Positions 1 to 6,877 of a DNA stretch of 32,000 nt are shown here, in pieces. The notes beneath the pieces are model-generated. The model saw only the letters and a program-made list of their open reading frames with translations, ran no database searches and had not been told where the DNA came from. Origin of the DNA: Candidatus Brocadia sp. (lineage in GTDB: Bacteria; Planctomycetota; Brocadiia; Brocadiales; Brocadiaceae); contig CP091279.1 in the NCBI GenBank assembly GCA_021650915.1, positions 3,390,001 through 3,422,000 of the forward strand, written 5' to 3'. The translations under genes were made by a program, and so were the position numbers. Each line of letters begins with the position of its first letter. Position 1 is the first letter of the stretch.

Positions 1-1
1 G

Positions 2-1267
2 CCGTGTATGGAGAACGGAAAATGTGTCGTTCTACATGATCTTAAAAATGAAGTTGGTTTCGGTTCAACGGAGTTTCATGTTTCACGACCAAGAGAATGT
101 GTCATCGCTAAGTACATTTTTTATTCCATTATTCAACAGCAATTCAGAAGAATTGCAGAAAGTAATATGACTGGCAGTGTAGGACAGAAAAGAGTTACAA
201 CGCTATTTTTTTCCGAGTTTGAAATTCCTCTTCCCCCTTTCCCCGAACAACACCGCATTGTTTCCAAAATAGAAGAACTCTTCAGCGAATTAGACAAAGG
301 CATTGAAAGTTTAAAAACCGCCCATCAGCAACTCAAAATCTACCGTCAGGCCGTGTTGAAGTGGGCTTTTGAAGGAAGGTTGACCGAGGAATGGAGAAAA
401 GAAAACTCAATTTTAAATACAGCCTATGACTATTTAAGACAAGTATCGGAAATACGTAAGAAGAATTTTTTAGAAGCTAAGAAAAATGGTATAAAGAGGA
501 TTGAAAAAAATTATGATTTTGAATTTAGACGAAGTGAGGAAATAAAAACTTGGGCAAATGCCACTTTGAATAAATTAATCTACATAGCGGGTAGAATAGG
601 ATGGAGAGGTTTAACAAAAGATGAATACACAATTGAAGGCCCAATGTTTTTGAGTGTGCATTCACTTAACTATGGAAAGTATGTAGAGTTTAAAGACGCT
701 TATCATATTTCCGAAGAAAGGTATTTAGAAAGTCCAGAGATAATGCTTAAAGAAAAAGATATATTGCTTTGTAAAGATGGTGCAGGTATTGGTAAAATTG
801 GCATCATTAATAAACTTCCATCGGAGGCAACGGTAAATTCCTCTTTGCTTATAATAAGAGGCATGGAAATATTTATCCCGGAGTTTTTATATCATCTGCT
901 AAGTGGACCTAAGCTACAGGGTATAGTACGAAAACGAATCACCGGAAGTGCTACTCCTCACTTATTCCAAAATGATATTAGAAAATTTGAACTTCTTATT
1001 CCTCCCCTTGAAGAACAACATCAAATTGTTTCAGAAATAGAAACCCGCCTTTCCGTATGCGATAAATTGGAAGAAACCATAACAACCGCCTTGCGGCAAG
1101 GCGATGCCCTGCGGCAGAGTATTTTAAAAAAGGCATTTGAGGGAAGGCTGGTTGAGCAAGACCCCAATGACGAACCGGCATCAAAACTCCTGGAGAGGAT
1201 AAAGGCAGACAAGGTAAAGGGTATGACAAAGGATGATACACGAAAGAAGAAAATCCCGAAGGGATGA
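2..1267 (+). CDS. hsdS: Type I restriction-modification specificity subunit HsdS, 5'-partial (cut by window edge)
   Basis: The frame is open back to base 2. Two copies of the conserved HsdS helical spacer are present (PEQHRIVSKIEELFSELDKGIESLK...LKWAFEGRL and LEEQHQIVSEIETRLSVCDKLEETI...LKKAFEGRL), separated by a variable target-recognition domain. Only about 75 aa of the first TRD are visible, so the real start lies upstream of the window. Confidence 0.9.
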   Translation, partial: PCMENGKCVVLHDLKNEVGFGSTEFHVSRPRECVIAKYIFYSIIQQQFRRIAESNMTGSVGQKRVTTLFFSEFEIPLPPFPEQHRIVSKIEELFSELDKGIESLKTAHQQLKIYRQAVLKWAFEGRLTEEWRKENSILNTAYDYLRQVSEIRKKNFLEAKKNGIKRIEKNYDFEFRRSEEIKTWANATLNKLIYIAGRIGWRGLTKDEYTIEGPMFLSVHSLNYGKYVEFKDAYHISEERYLESPEIMLKEKDILLCKDGAGIGKIGIINKLPSEATVNSSLLIIRGMEIFIPEFLYHLLSGPKLQGIVRKRITGSATPHLFQNDIRKFELLIPPLEEQHQIVSEIETRLSVCDKLEETITTALRQGDALRQSILKKAFEGRLVEQDPNDEPASKLLERIKADKVKGMTKDDTRKKKIPKG

Positions 1268-1500
1268 CATGATTATAGCATTGAAATACAAAATCAAATT
1301 TGAATCCTGAAAGGATGACATAAATAATTTCACCCCTACGGGGTTTGCGTGGTGGCGATGATTGGTTTTCTATAATAATCACACCCCTTTGGGGTTAAAA
1401 AACAATCGCGTGCCGATGTACTATGATAATGCCATCCCTTCGGGATTAAAAAACATTGGCTGAACAATAAAATCCAGAAGGGAAATATGATTATAGGAGG
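1253..1500. repeat. REP-like hairpin cluster upstream of the RAYT gene
   Basis: Core 26-mer atcccgaagggatgacatgattatag at 1253-1278. Degenerate copies sit at 1304-1328 and 1472-1496, and an inverted variant ctatgataatgccatcccttcgggat at 1421-1446. Related CCCC-NNNN-GGGG hairpins are also present (cacccctacggggt, cacccctttggggt). All share a 5-bp G/C stem around TTCG or GAAG. Confidence 0.8.
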
Positions 1501-1506
1501 AATACT

Positions 1507-1968
1507 ATGGCAGGCACATTTTCACAAGTTTACATTCAAGTTGTCTTCACGGTAAAAGGATGGGAAAATCTCATTGGTAAGGAGTGGAAAGATGAATTGC
1601 ATAGATACATTGCCGGAGTCATCAAAGGTAAAGAACAAAAGCCAATCATTGTCAACGGAATGCCTGACCATATTCATGCCTTTGTCGGGTTGCGGCCAGC
1701 TATGGCTATTTCCGATTTGGTCCGTGATATCAAAAACAATTCATCCAATTTTATCAATGAGAATAAATTAGTGAAAGGGAAATTTTCCTGGCAGGAAGGA
1801 TATGGCGTATTTTCATATTCTCATTCACACATTCAGAATGTTTACGATTACATTTTGAATCAGGAGGAACATCACCGCACGAAAACATTCAGAGAGGAAT
1901 ACATTGACTTTTTGAAGAAATTTGAAATTGAATACAATGAAAAATATTTGTTTGAGTGGATGGAGTAA
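1507..1968 (+). CDS. IS200/IS605-type Y1 HUH transposase-like protein, probable REP-associated tyrosine transposase (RAYT)
   Basis: 153 aa. HUH motif in PDHIHAFVG. Catalytic Tyr motif in YDYILNQEEHH (Y-x-x-x-Q type). No tnpB partner. REP hairpins flank it on both sides. An AGGAGG RBS lies inside the last upstream REP copy (gattatAGGAGGaatactATG). Confidence 0.85.
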   Translation: MAGTFSQVYIQVVFTVKGWENLIGKEWKDELHRYIAGVIKGKEQKPIIVNGMPDHIHAFVGLRPAMAISDLVRDIKNNSSNFINENKLVKGKFSWQEGYGVFSYSHSHIQNVYDYILNQEEHHRTKTFREEYIDFLKKFEIEYNEKYLFEWME

Positions 1969-1980
1969 TATTTCTCCCAT

Positions 1981-2160
1981 GCATGAATCCCGAAGGGATG
2001 ACATGATTATAGGAAAAAAACCATAGCATAATATTCAACCCCAAAGGGGTGAAATACAACGGCAGGAACGAGGATATGTCACCCCTTCAGGGTTAAAAAC
2101 AATCGCACGCCATATGCTATAATAATGCCATCCCTTCGGGATTAAAAACCATTGCTTGAA
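1981..2160. repeat. REP-like hairpin cluster downstream of the RAYT gene
   Basis: Exact 26-mer at 1987-2012. It is followed by aaccccaaaggggtgaaatacaa, caccccttcagggttaaaaacaatcgc and the inverted variant ctataataatgccatcccttcgggat at 2117-2142. The module 2078-2157 repeats the module 1380-1460. Confidence 0.8.
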
Positions 2161-2196
2161 ATGTGTAATAACGTTTCGCCGTTAACAACATATCGG

Positions 2197-2396
2197 GAGA
2201 AAACCATAACAACCGCCTTGCGGCAAGGCGATGCCCTGCGGCAGGACATCTTAAAAAAGGCATTTGAGGGAAGGTTGGTTGACTAAGACCCCAAAGACGA
2301 ACCGGCATCAAAACTCCTGGAAAGGATAAAGGCAGACAAGGAGAAGGATGCAGCGAAGAATGAGACACGAAAAAAGAAAATCCCGAAGGGATGACA
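2197..2396 (+). pseudogene. Duplicated hsdS 3'-end fragment with in-frame stop
   Basis: Direct repeat of 1070-1267, with roughly nine in ten bases identical by eye. It encodes TITTALRQGDALRQDILKKAFEGRLVD*DPKDEPASKLLERIKADK...KKKIPKG*. The sequence gagcaagac in the intact gene is gactaagac here. There is no upstream TRD or start codon. Confidence 0.85.
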
Positions 2397-2500
2397 TGAT
2401 TATAGGAAAAAAACCATACCATAGTACCAACCCCGAAGGGGTGAAATACAATGGCAATAACGAAAATATATCACCCCTTCGGGATTAAAAACCCATTATT
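2380..2500. repeat. REP-like hairpin cluster (third)
   Basis: Exact 26-mer at 2380-2405, followed by the same ~100-bp module seen after 2012 (gaaaaaaaccata..aaccccgaaggggtgaaatacaatggc..tcaccccttcgggattaaaaac). Confidence 0.8.
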
Positions 2501-2506
2501 AAAATA

Positions 2507-2615
2507 ATGGAAAACAATCTCTCGGTTTGTAGTAAATTAGATGAAACCATAACTTCAAGTTTGCTGGAAAACCCGTGGCATATCATTTAAAAAAATATTT
2601 GAAGGAAAAAATTAA
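2507..2615 (+). pseudogene. Diverged, frameshifted remnant of another hsdS 3' end
   Basis: Translates as MENNLSVCSKLDETITSSLLENPWHII*, then in a shifted frame LKKIFEGKN*. This parallels IETRLSVCDKLEETITTAL...ILKKAFEGRL of the intact gene, but the nucleotide sequence is clearly different. It ends 20 bp before the FRG gene start. Confidence 0.55.
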
Positions 2616-2634
2616 CATAATTTAATGATCAACT

Positions 2635-3366
2635 ATGAAAGAAATTAAAGTAGAATCATTCTCTCACTTTATTCAGAAAATCGAAAATAACTGTTCGTCA
2701 GATGATTTTTTATTCAGAGGTCAAAACAATGATTGGCCATTACGACCTAAATTAGGGCGTTTAGTCGAAGATGGGCTAATAAGAGATAAAAGCATTAAGA
2801 TAGAGAAACTTGAAATAAAACTACTAGAAACATTTAAAAGATTTGCAAAACCACACATTAATGAATTGCCTCAAAATCAATTTCAATTGTTGGCGCTAGC
2901 TCAACATCATGGACTACCAACAAGATTACTGGATTGGACAAGCAGCCCGCTGGTAGCCCTATGGTTTACCGTAGAAAAACCATGCGAAAATGATTATGGT
3001 GTCGTTTGGGCATTCGAACCAATAAAGGATGGTTATCTAAATAATGCAATGGAAGATGTTGAGCTTTCTTCAATTGATAAAACCATAATCTTTCAACCCG
3101 AACTTATTTCTCCAAGAATTATTTCTCAAAATGGATGGTTTTCTGTTCATGCATTTAATGAGAGCAAGGATAATTTTACAAGGTTTGATAAAATTAAAAG
3201 ATATAAAGACCTTTTGATTAAATTTACAATTGACAAAAGCTTATTTAAAGATATTAGGCATTCTTTAGATAGATGTGGAATAAATCAAAGTACAATGTAT
3301 CCGGGAATTGATGGAGTAGCAGGTTATTCATCTTGGAATCACACATTGTTAAAAGATGAATCATAA
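2635..3366 (+). CDS. FRG-domain protein (function unknown)
   Basis: N-terminal FLFRGQ motif, LAQHHGLPTRLLDWTSSPLVALWF block, and PRIISQNGWF block. These are the hallmark motifs I recognise for the FRG domain family. The stop overlaps the hsdM start (TAATG). The gene is very AT-rich. Confidence 0.8.
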   Translation: MKEIKVESFSHFIQKIENNCSSDDFLFRGQNNDWPLRPKLGRLVEDGLIRDKSIKIEKLEIKLLETFKRFAKPHINELPQNQFQLLALAQHHGLPTRLLDWTSSPLVALWFTVEKPCENDYGVVWAFEPIKDGYLNNAMEDVELSSIDKTIIFQPELISPRIISQNGWFSVHAFNESKDNFTRFDKIKRYKDLLIKFTIDKSLFKDIRHSLDRCGINQSTMYPGIDGVAGYSSWNHTLLKDES

Positions 3367-4934
3367 TGAATACAAGTTCAATAATCAGTAAAATATGGAG
3401 CTTTTGCCACACCCTGCGGGACGACGGCGTAGGCTACGGCGATTATTTAGAGCAACTTACATATATGCTTTTTTTGAAAATGGCGGATGAGTTTTCCAAA
3501 CCACCATACAACCGCAAACTTCCCATCCCTAAGGAATATACCTGGGAAAGTCTGACGGAAAAGAAGGGAGCAGCGCTGGAACTACATTACACCACACTGC
3601 TTCGTGAGCTGTCACAACAAAAAGGCATCCTTGGGCAGATTTTTACCAAGAGCCAAAACAAGATTCAAGACCCTGCCAAACTCTACAAACTCATTGACAT
3701 GATTGACAAGGAACAGTGGAGCACCATGGGTACAGATGTGAAGGGGCAGATTTACGAAGGGCTGCTGGAGAAAAATGCTGAGGACACCAAAAGCGGCGCA
3801 GGGCAATACTTCACGCCAAGGGCGTTGATTAAAGCAATGGTGGCATGTCTGAGACCTGAACCCAGCAAAACCATTGCTGATCCGGCTTGCGGCACGGGCG
3901 GCTTCTTTCTGGCTGCTTACGATTTTATTGCCGATAATTATTCGTTGGACAAAGAGCAAAAGCAGTTTCTTAAATACAAGACATTTTTTGGCAATGAGAT
4001 TGTTGCCAGTACCCGCAGGTTGTGCCTGATGAATCTGTTTCTGCACAACGTCGGTGATATTGACAGCGAAAATGTGATTTCTTCCACCGATGCGCTGGTT
4101 GCCGATGATGGCAGGCGGTATGATTATGTTCTCACCAATCCTCCTTTCGGAAAGAAGAGCAGCATGACGTTCACCAATGAAGAAGGTGAACAGGAAAAGG
4201 AAGACCTTACCTACAACCGGCAGGATTTCTGGGCGACCACGAGCAACAAGCAACTCAATTTTGTCCAGCACATCCACACCATGTTAAAAACGACGGGACA
4301 GGCAGCCGTTGTGGCGCCTGATAATGTACTGTTTGAAGGCGGGGCGGGAGAAACGGTGCGTAAGAAACTTTTAGAAACCACCGACCTGCATACCATCCTT
4401 CGTTTGCCAACGGGGATTTTTTATGCTCAGGGCGTAAAGGCGAATGTGATCTTCTTTGATGCAAAACCCGCCGGGAAAAAGGCATGGACGAAGGAAACAT
4501 GGTTTTACGATTACCGCACCAATATCCACCACACACTGAAGAAAAATCCCCTAAGGCTGGACGACCTTAAGGATTTCATTACCTGCTACAATCCAGCCAA
4601 CCGCCACAAACGGAAGGAAACATATCATGCAGAGACAAACCCCGAAGGCAGGTGGAGAAAATTCACCTACGATGAAATCGTCAGCCGTGACAAGACTTCG
4701 CTTGATATCACGTGGATAAAAGATAAGTCATTGGCCGACCTCGATAGCTTGCCCGACCCTGATGAGCTGGCTGAGGATATTATTGAAAATCTGGAAGCCG
4801 GCTTGGAAAGTTTTCGGGAGATCATGCAATCTGTCAAGAGCGGTGTTGCGCTTAAGAATCGCATTTCTTGCGCGAAAAGACATGCAGTTCACAGACTTTA
4901 CGAAAATGGTAGCCGCAAATCGCAAGGCTCATAG
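3366..4934 (+). CDS. hsdM: Type I restriction-modification N6-adenine DNA methyltransferase subunit HsdM
   Basis: HsdM N-terminal domain (IWSFCHTLRDDGVGYGDYLEQLTYMLFLKM). AdoMet motif I DPACGTGGFF. Catalytic motif IV NPPFG. The last ~28 codons run into the convergent radical SAM gene. Confidence 0.95.
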   Translation: MNTSSIISKIWSFCHTLRDDGVGYGDYLEQLTYMLFLKMADEFSKPPYNRKLPIPKEYTWESLTEKKGAALELHYTTLLRELSQQKGILGQIFTKSQNKIQDPAKLYKLIDMIDKEQWSTMGTDVKGQIYEGLLEKNAEDTKSGAGQYFTPRALIKAMVACLRPEPSKTIADPACGTGGFFLAAYDFIADNYSLDKEQKQFLKYKTFFGNEIVASTRRLCLMNLFLHNVGDIDSENVISSTDALVADDGRRYDYVLTNPPFGKKSSMTFTNEEGEQEKEDLTYNRQDFWATTSNKQLNFVQHIHTMLKTTGQAAVVAPDNVLFEGGAGETVRKKLLETTDLHTILRLPTGIFYAQGVKANVIFFDAKPAGKKAWTKETWFYDYRTNIHHTLKKNPLRLDDLKDFITCYNPANRHKRKETYHAETNPEGRWRKFTYDEIVSRDKTSLDITWIKDKSLADLDSLPDPDELAEDIIENLEAGLESFREIMQSVKSGVALKNRISCAKRHAVHRLYENGSRKSQGS

Positions 4935-6351
4935 CCAGGGGAAATAACCTGGGGTGGTGAAAATACGTCCATACAAAAAGCTTCCAGTAATAGACCCGCT
5001 CTTTGCCCAGAATGCCCAGATAGAAGATGGAACGAAATAAGACGAGGAGACGCCTGACGTCAAGGGGGGCATCCGTCTTCTTCGGTTTGTATTCCCGAAA
5101 GAAGGTCTTGATGCGTTGATAGTAATGCTCAGGAGAATAAACACACCGAAGGATATTTTTATACCCTTCCTGCAGCGTATCTATGTTCATGGACGGGATA
5201 ATATTTGTTGTGCCATCGACGTTGTCTCCCGATATTTGGCCAAGCAACCGGTTCTCTTTTCTCAGTCGTTCATATAGTCTTGTGCCAGGCGGCGCCTGAA
5301 GCAGGCCAATCATCGCCGTTACAATGCCGCTTTTCTGGATAAACTCAATTTGCCGCTGGAAGATCGACGGGGTATCACTGTCAAAACCGACAACAAAGCC
5401 TCCCTGTACCTGTAACCCGGCTCGCTGGATACGTCGGACGTCTTCAATGAGATCACGGTTTTTGTTTTGTTTTTTACCGCATTCAGCCAGCCCGTCCTCG
5501 TCCGGCGTCTCGATTCCAACAAAGACCGTTTCAAATCCTGCCTCGACCATCATCTGCATCAATGGCACATCGTCTGCCAGGTTAATAGAGACTTCCGTGT
5601 GGAAAGACATTGCAACATGTTCTTGCTGCCAGCGGATCAGTTCGGGCAACAATCCGGTCTTAATGCTCGTTTTGTTGCCGATGAGGTTGTCGTCAACAAA
5701 GAAGATGGATCCGCGCCATCCCAGGCTGTAAAAACGGTCCAATTCGGCGGTAATTTGTGCGGCAGTCTTGGTGCGTGGCCGGTGGCCAAACAACGCCGTT
5801 ACGTTGCAAAACTCACAATGATAGGGACACCCCCGGGAGTACTGGATGCTCATGGAAATATACCGGTTCAGATCTGCCAGCTCCCAGAGCGGGACCGGCG
5901 TCTTCCGGATGTCGGCAAACTCAGTGGTCATATAGACCCGCCTGGCTTTCTCCCGGCTCAAGTCCTCCAGAAAAGGAGGCAGCGTTACCTCGGCCTCATT
6001 CAGCACAAAGTGATCGACATCCGCAAACTGTTCGTATTCGCTCGTGAAGAGCGGTCCGCCGGCGACGATCTTAACGCCGGCCTTTTTGCATCTGGCGATA
6101 ATTTGACAAGCTGATTTTCGTTGCACAATCATACCGCTGATGAATGCGTAATCAGCCCACGCAAGGTCTTTTTCCTTAAGTGGTGTTACATTGAGATCTA
6201 CCAGACGTTTTGCCCATTCTGTCGGCAGCATGGCGGCAACGGTCAGGAGCCCTAGTGGCGGAAAGGATGCCTTTTTCCGCACAAATTTCAGCGCATGCTT
6301 AAAACTCCAAAAGGTATCAGGAAATTCAGGATAAATTAGCAGTACGTTCAT
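4852..6351 (-). CDS. B12-binding domain radical SAM protein (class B, DUF4070-type C-terminus), substrate unknown
   Basis: N-terminal cobalamin-binding-like domain (MNVLLIYPEFPDTFWSFKHAL...PPLGLLTVAAML). Radical SAM cluster motif CPYHCEFC. GGAG RBS 5 nt before the ATG. Confidence 0.85.
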   Translation of the reverse strand: MNVLLIYPEFPDTFWSFKHALKFVRKKASFPPLGLLTVAAMLPTEWAKRLVDLNVTPLKEKDLAWADYAFISGMIVQRKSACQIIARCKKAGVKIVAGGPLFTSEYEQFADVDHFVLNEAEVTLPPFLEDLSREKARRVYMTTEFADIRKTPVPLWELADLNRYISMSIQYSRGCPYHCEFCNVTALFGHRPRTKTAAQITAELDRFYSLGWRGSIFFVDDNLIGNKTSIKTGLLPELIRWQQEHVAMSFHTEVSINLADDVPLMQMMVEAGFETVFVGIETPDEDGLAECGKKQNKNRDLIEDVRRIQRAGLQVQGGFVVGFDSDTPSIFQRQIEFIQKSGIVTAMIGLLQAPPGTRLYERLRKENRLLGQISGDNVDGTTNIIPSMNIDTLQEGYKNILRCVYSPEHYYQRIKTFFREYKPKKTDAPLDVRRLLVLFRSIFYLGILGKERVYYWKLFVWTYFHHPRLFPLAMSLAICGYHFRKVCELHVFSRKKCDS

Positions 6352-6877
6352 TACAGCTCCTTTTTTTCAGAAGAGGCAGGAAATAGAGAGACAACAGATA
6401 TGCCTCGAAAATTTTTCAAAAACCCCCCCAATATCTATTTTGCCGGCGCCGGGGTTTTCGTGTTGTAATTGTAACTGCACGTTAAGCGCCTACTTCATAT
6501 GGCGCTTTGAAAAAACGATAAAAGCAAAAAAGGCCACAGGGTTGTAACCTTGCAGCCTTCGTATAACAGTAAGCATGGAATATGACTTCACTATACAACC
6601 AATTGGTATATGCTATCAATCAGCACACATTAAGGCAAGAGAAAATAACAATCAGGTATTCTATAATCGATGCAACCCTTACGCTTCTCTTCAGGCGTAC
6701 TGATACAGCGGTGATTTTTTCATAATATCTGGCGGCACGACAAACCAGATTGCTTTGCTTACCTTGCTTTTGTTGAACAACCTGAAGAAGTGAATCGGGT
6801 TTTTAGAAACGGTGTGATGGGTAATCTGTTTTGGCTGGTAGGGTGGGTTAAGCGGAGCGAACCCACCAATCATTACT

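Noticed and set aside
996-1382. 128-aa minus-strand ORF, and the related 101-aa ORF at 2117-2422
   Set aside because: Both are antisense to the hsdS 3' end and its duplicate and extend into REP hairpins. They resemble each other only because the underlying DNA is duplicated.
1380-2500. Possible CRISPR array from repeated caccccttcgggattaaaaac-like units
   Set aside because: The units occur only in pairs. Their orientation is mixed. The apparent spacers (for example gtgccgatgtactatgataat versus acgccatatgctataataat) are themselves conserved parts of a larger repeated module. No cas genes are present. This fits REP/MITE modules, not CRISPR.
1070-2615. Phase-variable hsdS shufflon
   Set aside because: The extra hsdS pieces are direct repeats, not inverted. 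They carry only the conserved 3' region without alternative TRDs. No site-specific recombinase gene is adjacent. The HUH transposase is not the type known to drive hsdS inversion.
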